Assembly (NCBI GenBank): GCA_040954595.2
Contig: JBECUI020000058.1
Location: forward strand, 1 to 50,000
Direction: 5' to 3'
DNA length: 50,000 nucleotides
Source: Balanoglossus misakiensis
Lineage: Eukaryota; Animalia; Hemichordata
Below, in pieces: positions 24,801 to 36,694 of the stretch. Within the stretch, counting starts at the first letter, position 1. Each line of letters begins with the position of its first letter. The notes under the pieces are model-generated. The model saw only the letters and a list, made by a program, of their open reading frames with translations. It searched no databases and was not told the origin of the DNA. The position numbers and the translations under genes are program-made.

Positions 24801-27800
24801 TTTGGTCATTTTTTGAAAAAACCATGGGTTATAGCTCAGGAAAATGTCGAAAAATCGACGATTTTTCGACTTTGCGAATTTTCAAAATTTGGTCATTTTT
24901 TGAAAAAACCATGGGTTATAGCTCAGGAAAATGTCGAAAAATCGACGATTTTTCGACTTTGCGAATTTTCAAAATTTGGTCATTTTTTGAAAAAACCATG
25001 GGTTATAGCTCAGGAAAATGTCGAAAAATCGACGATTTTTCGACTTTGCGAATTTTCAAAATTTGGTCATTTTTTGAAAAAACCCATGGGTTATAGCTCA
25101 GGAAAATGTCGAAAAATCGACGATTTTTCGACTTTGCGAATTTTCAAATTTGGTCATTTTTTGAAAAAACCATGGGTTATAGCTCAGGAAAATGTCGAAA
25201 AATCGACGATTTTTCGACTTTGCGAATTTTCAAATTTGGTCATTTTTTGAAAAAACCATGGGTTATAGCTCAGGAAAATGTCGAAAAATCGACGATTTTT
25301 CGACTTTGCGAATTTTCAAAATTTGGTCATTTTTTTGAAAAAACCATGGGTTATAGCTCAGGAAAATGTCGAAAAATCGACGATTTTTCGACTTTGCGAA
25401 TTTTCAAAATTTGGTCATTTTTTGAAAAAACCATGGGTTATAGCTCAGGAAAATGTCGAAAAATCGACGATTTTTCGACTATGCGAATTTTCAAAATTTG
25501 GTCATTTTTTGAAAAAACCATGGGTTATAGCTCAGGAAAATGTCGAAAAATCGACGATTTTTCGACTTTGCGAATTTTCAAAATTTGGTCATTTTTTGAA
25601 AAAACCATGGGTTATAGCTCAGGAAAATGTCGAAAAATCGACGATTTTTCGACTTTGCGAATTTTCAAAATTTGGTCATTTTTTGAAAAAACCATGGGTT
25701 ATAGCTCAGGAAAATGTCGAAAAATCGACGATTTTTCGACTTTGCGAATTTTCAAAATTTGGTCATTTTTTGAAAAAACCATGGGTTATAGCTCAGGAAA
25801 ATGTCGAAAATCGACGATTTTTCGACTTTGCGAATTTTCAAAATTTGGTCATTTTTTGAAAAAACCATGGGTTATAGCTCAGGAAAATGTCGAAAAATCG
25901 ACGATTTTTCGACTTTGCGAATTTTCAAAATTTGGTCATTTTTTGAAAAAACCATGGGTTATAGCTCAGGAAAATGTCGAAAAATCGACGATTTTTCGAC
26001 TTTGCGAATTTTCAAAATTTGGTCATTTTTTGAAAAAACCATGGGTTATAGCTCAGGAAAATGTCGAAAAATCGACGATTTTTCGACTTTGCGAATTTTC
26101 AAAATTTGGTCATTTTTTGAAAAAACCATGGGTTATAGCTCAGGAAAATGTCGAAAAATCGACGATTTTTCGACTTTGCGAATTTCAAAATTTGGTCATT
26201 TTTTGAAAAACCATGGGTTATAGCTCAGGAAAATGTCGAAAAATCGACGATTTTTCGACTTTGCGAATTTTCAAAATTTGGTCATTTTTTGAAAAAACCA
26301 TGGGTTATAGCTCAGGAAAATGTCGAAAAATCGACGATTTTTCGACTTTGCGAATTTTCAAAATTTGGTCATTTTTTGAAAAAACCATGGGTTATAGCTC
26401 AGGAAAATGTCGAAAAATCGACGATTTTTCGACTTTGCGAATTTTCAAAATTTGGTCATTTTTTGAAAAAACCATGGGTTATAGCTCAGGAAAATGTCGA
26501 AAAATCGACGATTTTTCGACTTTGCGAATTTTCAAAATTTGGTCATTTTTGAAAAAACCATGGGTTATAGCTCAGGAAAATGTCGAAAAATCGACGATTT
26601 TTCGACTTTGCGAATTTTCAAAATTTGGTCATTTTTTGAAAAAACCATGGGTTATAGCTCAGGAAAATGTCGAAAAATCGACGATTTTTCGACTTTGCGA
26701 ATTTTCAAAATTTGGTCATTTTTTGAAAAAACCATGGGTTATAGCTCAGGAAAATGTCGAAAAATCGACGATTTTTCGACTTTGCGAATTTTCAAAAATT
26801 TGGTCATTTTTTGAAAAAACCATGGGTTATAGCTCAGGAAAATGTCGAAAAATCGACGATTTTTCGACTTTGCGAATTTTCAAAATTTGGTCATTTTTTG
26901 AAAAAACCATGGGTTATAGCTCAGGAAAATGTCGAAAAATCGACGATTTTTCGACTTTGCGAATTTTCAAAATTTGGTCATTTTTGAAAAAACCATGGGT
27001 TATAGCTCAGGAAAATGTCGAAAAATCGACGATTTTTCGACTTTGCGAATTTTCAAAATTTGGTCATTTTTTGAAAAAACCATGGGTTATAGCTCAGGAA
27101 AATGTCGAAAAATCGACGATTTTTCGACTATGCGAATTTTCAAAATTTGGTCATTTTTTGAAAAAACCATGGGTTATAGCTCAGGAAAATGTCGAAAAAT
27201 CGACGATTTTTCGACTTTGCGAATTTTCAAAATTTGGTCATTTTTTGAAAAAACCATGGGTTATAGCTCAGGAAAATGTCGAAAAATCGACGATTTTTCG
27301 ACTTTGCGAATTTTCAAAATTTGGTCATTTTTTGAAAAAACCATGGGTTATAGCTCAGGAAAATGTCGAAAAATCGACGATTTTTCGACTTTGCGAATTT
27401 TCAAAATTTGGTCATTTTTGAAAAAACCATGGGTTATAGCTCAGGAAAATGTCGAAAAATCGACGATTTTTCGACTTTGCGAATTTTCAAAATTTGGTCA
27501 TTTTTTGAAAAAACCGGGTTATAGCTCAGGAAAATGTCGAAAAATCGACGATTTTTCGACTATGCGAATTTTCAAAATTTGGTCATTTTTTGAAAAAACC
27601 ATGGGTTATAGCTCAGGAAAATGTCGAAAAATCGACGATTTTTCGACTTTGCGAATTTTCAAAATTTGGTCATTTTTTGAAAAAACCATGGGTTATAGCT
27701 CAGGAAAATGTCGAAAAATCGACGATTTTTCGACTTTGCGAATTTTCAAAATTTGGTCATTTTTTGAAAAAACCATGGGTTATAATAGCTCAGGAAAATG

Positions 27801-30068
27801 TCGAAAAATCGACGATTTTTCGACTTTGCGAATTTTCAAAATTTGGTCATTTTTTGAAAAAACCATGGGTTATAGCTCAGGAAAATGTCGAAAAATCGAC
27901 GATTTTTCGACTTTGCGAATTTTCAAAATTTGGTCATTTTTTGAAAAAACCATGGGTTATAATAGCTCAGGAAAATGTCGAAAAATCGACGATTTTTCGA
28001 CTTTGCGAATTTTCAAAATTTGGTCATTTTTTGAAAAAACCATGGGTTATAATAGCTCAGGAAAATGTCGAAAAATCGACGATTTTTCGACTTTGCGAAT
28101 TTTCAAAATTTGGTCATTTTTTGAAAAAACCATGGGTTATAGCTCAGGAAAATGTCGAAAAATCGACGATTTTTCGACTTTGCGAATTTTCAAAATTTGG
28201 TCATTTTTTGAAAAAACCATGGGTTATAGCTCAGGAAAATGTCGAAAAATCGACGATTTTTCGACTTTGCGAATTTTCAAAATTTGGTCATTTTTTGAAA
28301 AAACCATGGGTTATAGCTCAGGAAAATGTCGAAAAATCGACGATTTTTCGACTTTGCGAATTTTCAAAATTTGGTCATTTTTTGAAAAAACCATGGGTTA
28401 TAGCTCAGGAAAATGTCGAAAAATCGACGATTTTTCGACTTTGCGAATTTTCAAAATTTGGTCATTTTTTGAAAAAAACCATGGGTTATAGCTCAGGAAA
28501 ATGTCGAAAAATCGACGATTTTTCGACTTTGCGAATTTTCAAAATTTGGTCATTTTTTGAAAAAACCATGGGTTATAGCTCAGGAAAATGTCGAAAAATC
28601 GACGATTTTTCGACTTTGCGAATTTTCAAAATTTGGTCATTTTTTGAAAAAACCATGGGTTATAGCTCAGGAAAATGTCGAAAAATCGACGATTTTTCGA
28701 CTTTGCGAATTTTCAAAATTTGGTCATTTTTTGAAAAAACCATGGGTTATAGCTCAGGAAAATGTCGAAAAATCGACGATTTTTCGACTTTGCGAATTTT
28801 CAAAATTTGGTCATTTTTTGAAAAAACCATGGGTTATAGCTCAGGAAAATGTCGAAAAATCGACGATTTTTCGACTTTGCGAATTTTCAAAATTTGGTCA
28901 TTTTTTGAAAAAACCGTGGGTTATAGCTCAGGAAAATGTCGAAAAATCGACGATTTTTCGACTTTGCGAATTTTCAAAATTTGGTCATTTTTTGAAAAAA
29001 CCATGGGTTTAGCTCAGGAAAATGTCGAAAAATCGACGATTTTTCGACTTTGCGAATTTTCAAAATTTGGTCATTTTTTGAAAAAACCATGGGTTATAGC
29101 TCAGGAAAATGTCGAAAAATCGACGATTTTTCGACTTTGCGAATTTTCAAAATTTGGTCATTTTTTGAAAAAACCATGGGTTATAGCTCAGGAAAATGTC
29201 GAAAAATCGACGATTTTTCGACTTTGCGAATTTTCAAAATTTGGTCATTTTTTGAAAAAACCATGGGTTATAGCTCAGGAAAATGTCGAAAAATCGACGA
29301 TTTTTCGACTTTGCGAATTTTCAAAATTTGGTCATTTTTTGAAAAAACCATGGGTTATAGCTCAGGAAAATGTCGAAAAATCGACGATTTTTCGACTTTG
29401 CGAATTTTCAAAATTTGGTCATTTTTTGAAAAAACCATGGGTTATAGCTCAGGAAAATGTCGAAAAATCGACGATTTTTCGACTTTGCGAATTTTCAAAA
29501 TTTGGTCATTTTTTGAAAAAACCATGGGTTATAGCTCAGGAAAATGTCGAAAAATCGACGATTTTTCGACTTTGCGAATTTTCAAAATGTGGTCATTTTT
29601 TGAAAAAACCATGGGTTATAGCTCAGGAAAATGTCGAAAAATCGACGATTTTTCGACTTTGCGAATTTTCAAAATTTCTTCGTTTTTTGAAAAAAAAAAC
29701 CCATGGGTTATAGCTCAGGAAAATCATCCAGAAATGACAATTTTTCGACTTTGCGAAATTTCAAAATTTCTTCATTTTTTTGAAAAAAACATGGGTTATA
29801 GCTCATGAAAATCATCCGCAAATGACAATTTTTCGACTTTCCAAAATTTTGTGATTTTGACTTTAATGGACATTTTTCATGGGTTATAGCTCATGAATTT
29901 CGTCAAAAATGACAAATTCTCGACTTTCCGAAATGTTGTGATTTTGACGTTTTTGGACATTTTTCATGGCTTATTGCTCATGGCTTATTGCTCATGAAAA
30001 TTGTCAAAAAACGACAATTTCCCGACTTCGCAAACTTTGGTGATTTTGTCATAGTTGGACTTTTTCAT
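18852..30068 (+). repeat. 87-bp satellite array, right arm in opposite orientation (~125 monomers plus degenerate terminal copies)
   Basis: Same monomer on the + strand, mostly the aatgtcgaaaaatcgacgatttttcgac variant; progressively diverged copies from ~29670 to 30068. Confidence 0.98.
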
Positions 30069-30220
30069 CCGAAACGAACACATTTATGTAAATACTAGAA
30101 TGATGCACACATAAACTCGAAATGTTTAGTTGATTGAAAAGAAATTATTATTACATTAATAATGAAATCCAGTGACAAAAATTATTTTGAATCAAATACA
30201 TATCGAAATAAATGTTTTCT

Positions 30221-30504
30221 TCATTGTGCTCTTTTGAAGAGATGCGAAAACTTCTTAAAAATTTTCCACAGTGTATTAAATCCCCCCGTGTCATCAGCAT
30301 CTTCATAAGGCTTACCGAAACCGTTATTACGTATTATTTGGCTATATGTTTCTGTTGAATATTTTCGTATTCTTTGTCGCTCAGGTTCATCGAAATCAGT
30401 GAAAAACAGGCCAAATCGAAAGCGATACCCAGAATCCCATTCGAAGTCGTCCATTAATGACCACACTGTATATCCACGAACATCAACCTCGTCCAGTATG
30501 CAAG
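30221..30504 (-). CDS. GH1 alternative terminal exon B (duplicate of exon A)
   Basis: ttttcttgttttcgtag|CT TGC...; [94 protein letters not shown]. Confidence 0.85.
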
Positions 30505-33022
30505 CTACGAAAACAAGAAAATGCAAAAAAAAAATTATAAGAAGCTGATTAAACTCTTTGATTCGGACTTCGGGAAGCCGTTGTTTTTGATCACTTTGCC
30601 ATACACTGTTGCAGACAACTTCGGCGTCCTGGGAAGGTTTGGGTCGTCGAAGTTCACGTAGTGAAGACCAAACCTGGTTTTGTAACCGTCTGCCCACTCG
30701 AAGTTATCCATCAAAGACCAACATGTGTACCCTCGTACAGCGACACCGTCTAATTTCTGAGCTGTAACAAGAAACCAGAATAATAAGTTTTGGCCAACCG
30801 TGGGCAAACAAAGGCAATAAGTACATAACTGGTAATCTTACTCGACTTTTACTTCCATACCAACAAGTCAAAACGATCCACTATTGTTGATTAAATGTTA
30901 CATTTAAGGTTAGGAGAAGGCTCAAGACTGAAACATTCATAAAAGAACGAATGAGTTTATGTGCGCACATTACAATATGGAGTATAGGCTGCTGGACGAC
31001 CGTTCTGATCCAAGCAAATGACAAGATGGAGACGCATGTCTCAGAAAATACCAAATAATGATGAAAGTTACAGCGAACAAGTGGCTGGCGTTTTATTGGC
31101 CAAAACTTATTATTCATGCAGCGTAATATTAAAAGAAATCATGATATTAGTGATGAAAGAAAGTGCAGCTTTACCAAATGACATCGCTTCAACGTTAAAT
31201 GAGTGGCCTATGGTGAGAAAAATTAAAAGTATCGGCTGTGGTTAGTTCAAGCAAAATTAACATTAGCATTTTTGGTGTCATAGAAACAATCGCACTTAAT
31301 CTGGAGTGAAAAGTATGATACTGATTACAGAGAAACACGACATCACGATGAACTTGTGTGAATGACTGACTTGTATAATACGTAGGAATATGTGTATTAA
31401 TTGCTTAAGTGTGTGTTTTGAATTGAAATGTTGATAAGCCATTTTATAATGAAAATTCTCATCTGCTCACTCAGCATTGTCTCGTTACTATTAATTCACA
31501 AACGCATCAGATTGCAATGCAAGGTAAACGCCAATCACCAATCACAGTGTTTTGATAAGATTCAAAATGGCGAATTTCGTGACGTCATCTGTGTCGTTTG
31601 GTGATGGCACTAGTGCTACGAATATTTCTAACATAAGATTTCAATATACCTTTTAAAACTTCATTGATGTGCGCTGTTATGTATTTACTTCGGAAAGTAT
31701 CTTCCAGAACCATCACCCCCTTGTCTTCTTCACCGATTCCATTCTCTGTTATGTAGATAGGAGGGTTACCATACTGCTCTTTCACCCAATTCAGCACTTT
31801 TCGGAGCCCCCACGGTACCGGTCGCAGCCAAGGAACATCACTTTTGGGCCAGTTGTCGTCGAAGGATGCTGTCATATCCTGGTCATTAAAGTATCCCACC
31901 TGGTCCAAGTTTGGTTCTGCGTTGGTCACGACTTGCGATGTATAATAATTGACGCCCAGAAAATCAGATGTGCCGCGAAGAAGGCGGATTTCTTCATCGT
32001 TGAACGCTGGTAGACGAGATGAAGTTAATCCCTGTTGTCGACTTTTCTGCAACACATGTTGTTTCATGACCTCGGGATAATCACCGACAAATATTGGATG
32101 AGCGAACCAGCCCGCATGAAACTGCATGTATCTGTCTGCGGCAGCAATATCTTCGTCGCTTTCTGTTGCTGGCACGCCCCAGAAAATGACCAAAGTTATT
32201 CCGATTTGACCTTTCTGGGATGTACGATATTTGTCGTTGTATGTGTGCCAAGCCATGGCGTGTGCTTTCAGCATGTTGTGTGCGTCTCGGTAGATCGTGG
32301 TGCCGTGATGCTTGAAGCCTGGCGCGTGTATCCCCTCTTCTGTGCCCATCAAGGTGGCGATGTACGGTTCGTTCAGAGTGATCCACAGTTTGACTCGGTC
32401 TCCGAACAGCTTGAAGCAGAGGTCGGCATAATTGTTGAAGTACACGGCGATGATGTCGTTGCTCCAGCCGCCAATGTCTTGCAGAGCTTGCGGCAAGTCC
32501 CAGTGATACAGCGTTACCATTGGTTGAATGTTTGCTTCAACCAGTGCGTTGATGAGGCGTTGATAGTACTCCACACCTGCTTTGTTGATTTTACCCACAG
32601 TTCCATCGGGTAGGATTCTCGACCAAGAAAGTGAAAATCGGTAGTGATTGACACTGAGATTCTTCAACATGGCCACGTCTTCGTCGATTTTGTGATAACT
32701 ATCACAGGCCCTATCGCCATTATGATCTTTGTATATTCGTCCCGGTTGGTGACTGAAGGTATCCCAGATGCTTGAACCTCGTCCATCCTCGTTCCAGCCA
32801 CCTTCGATTTGGTAAGATGACGTTGCAATGCCCCACGAGAAATTTGCGGGGAATTCGTCGTACATGATTCTGTCTCTAGTGGGCGCTTCGAACTCTTGAT
32901 AGACAAATCCGCCATAAGCTTCAGGTGCCGCCATCACGAAAGTGGGTTTGAAAAGCAGAGCGATTGTCGTCAACACTGAAGAGGTCACTATAAGTCGCGA
33001 TACCAGAACTACAGTTGTCAAC
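30221..33022 (-). CDS. Glycoside hydrolase family 1 beta-glucosidase (single-domain, lactase-phlorizin hydrolase/myrosinase-like)
   Basis: Large exon 33022-31650 has [34 protein letters not shown], catalytic TLNEP (acid/base) and ITENG (nucleophile). Phase-1 donor (AAAG|gtatat) joins to a last exon at 30761-30535 or 30504-30221. N-terminal hydrophobic stretch is signal-like. The true start codon or first exon is not resolved. Confidence 0.93.
30535..30761 (-). CDS. GH1 alternative terminal exon A
   Basis: ttcttgttacag|CT CAG...; [75 protein letters not shown]. Confidence 0.88.
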
Positions 33023-34087
33023 CTAATGAAGAAGCATAAACATCATTAAGTTAATAAAAGGGAGACTTTTACCTCAAATCACAGCATTCATTAAATAATG
33101 GAAAGCTTTCAGCTTCCGCCGTTGGATGTGCTATGCTACGAGAAAGATTAGCCCAACGGCGGAATTGGGGTAGGGGACCAGACTAAAATTTTACTTAGGG
33201 TGCAGTGTCCTGTAGTTTTACATAGTGAAATCAATGCTACATGCTTACATACTACAATGCTGCAGTTGTTCGCCGTGTGTATTACCCTCAATCGTTCTAG
33301 TATTGTTTACTGAAGCCTACATAATATGTCTGTAACCTATGCCCTACTTTGACTTGAATGAGATTTTGGTCCTGGTGACCAACATATTTAAAACTCTGAA
33401 CTCTGACCACTTGGGTAGCAGATTGCGATCTTCAGATATTGGTTCAAGCAAAAATGTCCACCATACACCAACAACGGGAAATCATGAAATTCTTACCCCG
33501 CTACCGTCGCCATCATTATTAGTTTCGCGCTCGTGGCCTTCGAGAAAAGTATTAACAACCAATGATTTTGAGTCCGTGTACACCCATGTTATGTCTGCGC
33601 ACAATAATGTTAATACACAACTATGAAGGTACCAAAGCTCAACGCCCCTTGCGTTCTAACAAGCTCGGACCAAGGTCTCTGATTTCTGTTGCAACGTCAA
33701 CATCGCTATAATGCGGACGTGGTTTCACAAAATACAACGAGAACACAGATTATACAACTGTAAATCTACTTACGCTGGCCACAGCAGTTAAAAGCGTGCA
33801 CCATTTAACTTCACGCCAGCTGCTGCCAGGGTTTCAGGTTGGAATGAAATGTGCGCACGCGTAGTAACACAATGAAGACACTCAGTGGTCCGAGAACAAA
33901 CGTAATGGAGGGTACAGTTACAGGATTTCAGCAGACGAACCCCAAATTCACCAACATTTCCGATAATGCGTACATTTTTTTGCAGTTATGGTTATGGTTC
34001 AAATTCTCCGACAAATCTTTGTAGGCTATCGCAAAAGTTTACTTAGAGCACATGTGCTTCATTTGGAATTGGAATCTGATATACCGT

Positions 34088-34101
34088 CCGCTAGAGGGCG
34101 C
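34088..34101 (+). promoter_or_regulatory. Candidate CTCF binding site
   Basis: CCGCTAGAGGGCGC closely matches the CTCF core CC(A/G)SYAGRKGGCRS; it lies between the divergent GH1 gene and the PPP1R3 cluster. Confidence 0.5.
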
Positions 34102-34297
34102 CAGAACTATTCCTGGACAAAGTCACAATCCGGCTGTGGAAATGACAGTACAAACGCTAAGCTTGATTCACACGTATTAATGTCATTATATTCTACAAGG
34201 ACAAGGCCATGAACAGAAATTAACATGGTGTTTTTCTGTTTTTCTCGACTTGCCGTAAGCTCAAAGTCAAGGATGTTAAACATACATATCTTTCGAA

Positions 34298-34300
<3 letters not shown>

Positions 34301-34382
<82 letters not shown>

Positions 34383-34396
34383 CAGAGAGAGAGAGA
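34301..34396. repeat. (GA)n microsatellite
   Basis: ~48 GA units with a few GT/CA interruptions. Confidence 0.97.
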
Positions 34397-35932
34397 TGGA
34401 TTCTAGAAATATAGCAATATCATTTTATATATATTTACTTACTATTAGTAATATTAAATAAAACAAAAACAATACGCAATATAACTGAATAGAAAACAAC
34501 ATTATTTAGTGTGGCGGTGTTACACCGTGAAATACCATGGAACTGACGCGATGAATCGTTTGAACGAATTAACATAATCCATCCTCTTCATATCTTCATA
34601 TTTCTTTCTAATCACTTCAAATGATGATATGCCAGATAAGTAGCCCAAAAGGCTAAAGCGGGAAATTACCACCCTGACGTTTTGGTCGGCATTCATCATC
34701 AAGACTGACCTGAGCTGTCACCTCAAATCTTTTGAATTCCATCACCATTACGCGCCATGGCAAATACGAATGCACCATTCTGGGTGACTGTTGCAGTAGA
34801 CATGTTTTTTACGCTTCGTTTAATGTACAGATGACATTACATATACGATATGTTATCACAAGATATCACTTTGTTGAATTGTTTTTGATAACAATACACC
34901 GATCTGCATTTGGAGTCATATCTTTCTGCAACCAGACTCTCACAGCCAATCAACGATCAAGTCTTAATAGTCTCACGTCCTTACATACATTAACCTCAAT
35001 AGATGATTTTCTCATATAGGACGATGGCCGGCCGAATAACCCACAACGTGATCTTCATCATGATGATGTAAAGTTTTTTTCCGATTAATGCGATAGATTT
35101 CAATATAGGACACCGCAACCATTTGGCAGAATATTTCTACCAGAGAAATGTCGACGTACAGTGATATATCTGAATATACAACATAAATAATTTCCTGTGA
35201 TTAAAACGTCGGAAATGTTCTTTGAAAACTAATATCCGTAATGTGCCACATGAAATGAGCAGTCACAAGCTTGACTGAATAATATGTTGACAAAGCAGAC
35301 CAATGACATAATTTCAGTTAATATTGACCCACATTACCTTATATGTGAGAGTATCAATTTTAATTTTCAATATGTATGGATTGATCGTTCAAGAAGACTG
35401 TCTATGATAGCCTATATATACACAATGCTGGGAGTCTTGGGACGAGTGCAGAGGATATTGTAATTTATCGGGCTGTTGTCATAGTTACCATTTTATGAAT
35501 AATCTCCAGCGATAGAATAAATATTTTCTGTCTGGGACGAATTCTCGATTACTTGAACGTGACTAAATAGCGCCAACCCCTGGTTTTCATTCCATTAGCA
35601 TTTGAAATACATTAGCTTGATTGTGTGTGGTGGATGCTTTCGTCTGATCACTCTCTCAATGCATGACATGAGGATCTGACCTTCTAGTGAACCCCGCTTA
35701 CCTCGATATATTATGTGTGCCTTTTTATCATAGGCCTTACTGCTAGGTTTGCCATAGCATCGCGCAAACAGCTGATCGCGGCTGTAACTGTATCGACGCG
35801 AATGGGGAAGGCTGAATGGACGATCTTAGATGTCGTGCTGCTTGCAGCGACTATTAAACGTGTTCGACATCGGAGCCTGTGAGTGACAAACGGTTTGTGA
35901 TTCAAACACCGTGTAGCCGACTGTATTGGAAG

Positions 35933-36694
35933 ATGGATTGCACGGCGTTCGGCTGCCTCAAAACGGTAGTGGGGGCATTCACTAACCAGTGGAGTTCCAA
36001 TCACCACACGTCGACGTTGAGGCCACAAATCAAGTACTCACCGCTGACAAGAACCTGCGCTGTCCGTGCCAAGGGGAATTTCAAACCTATCCTCGGCCAG
36101 CCGCGTAACAGTCATCCAATCAACATCAGGCAACTCGTCGAAGTAGCGCTTCCCAATAACCTAAGTCCAAGAGCATACAGAAAACCAGCACTTGCTCGAC
36201 GAAAATCACCACGTCAAAAACATTTAAAGGTACATTTCGCAGAGCAGGCTCCCGAACAGAAGTACATAGTCGCCTGCTTTCCACAGCCCGTTCTCAATGT
36301 GGAATACTTGCAAAATGTCCAGAACCAAAAGCTGTGCTTGGAAAAAGTTGCGGTTTCAGATCTGACGACGATTTTGGGCACTATCCGCGTGGCAAATCTC
36401 GCCTTCCAGAAAACAGTGAAAGTGCGCTTCACTGCCAATCAGTGGAAGAACTATTACAACATAAGTGCTTGTTACGTTCAGGGGTCGTGTGATGGTCCCA
36501 CTGACAGGTTCGCCTTTGGCATCACTCCTCCTAGATTCTTTACCGTGGGAGACAAAATCGAACTCGCTGTCTATTATGAGGTCAATGGAGACATCTACTG
36601 GGACAACAACAACGGTGATAACTATGTATTTGAATGCATAACCAAGACAAACTGCCCCACAAAAAGTGATACGCTATGGACACACTTTATGTAG
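35933..36694 (+). CDS. Protein phosphatase 1 glycogen-targeting regulatory subunit (CBM21), copy 1, 253 aa from the first ATG
   Basis: RVxF-like KVHF; CBM21 motifs GTIRVANLAFQKTVKVRFT and YWDNNNGDNY; C-terminus LWTHFM; no introns in the CDS. Confidence 0.88.
   Translation: MDCTAFGCLKTVVGAFTNQWSSNHHTSTLRPQIKYSPLTRTCAVRAKGNFKPILGQPRNSHPINIRQLVEVALPNNLSPRAYRKPALARRKSPRQKHLKVHFAEQAPEQKYIVACFPQPVLNVEYLQNVQNQKLCLEKVAVSDLTTILGTIRVANLAFQKTVKVRFTANQWKNYYNISACYVQGSCDGPTDRFAFGITPPRFFTVGDKIELAVYYEVNGDIYWDNNNGDNYVFECITKTNCPTKSDTLWTHFM

Noticed and set aside
9298-29808. Dozens of long ORFs (up to 1054 aa) of KKPWVIAQENVEKSTIFRLCEFSKFGHFL / KTMGYSSGKCRKIDDFSTLRIFKIWSFFE repeats
   Set aside because: Artefact of an 87-bp (29-codon) monomer lacking stops in two frames. 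The ORFs swap frames at homopolymer indels, flip strand with the array and show no sign of codon-level selection.
9312-30068. CRISPR array
   Set aside because: There are no unique spacers (whole units are repeated), no cas genes, and the context is spliceosomal-intron eukaryotic DNA.
9280-30140. Giant Foldback-type transposon made of the two inverted arms
   Set aside because: The outer ends are not reverse complements of each other and I found no convincing TSD; gttgattg near both flanks does not abut the right end.
30221-30697. 158-aa ORF as a separate gene
   Set aside because: Its N-terminal part is an alternative frame of exon A plus a polypyrimidine tract; only 30504-30221 is GH1-like.
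31669-32915. Overlapping ORFs within the GH1 exon
   Set aside because: Antisense or alternate-frame shadows of the real coding exon.
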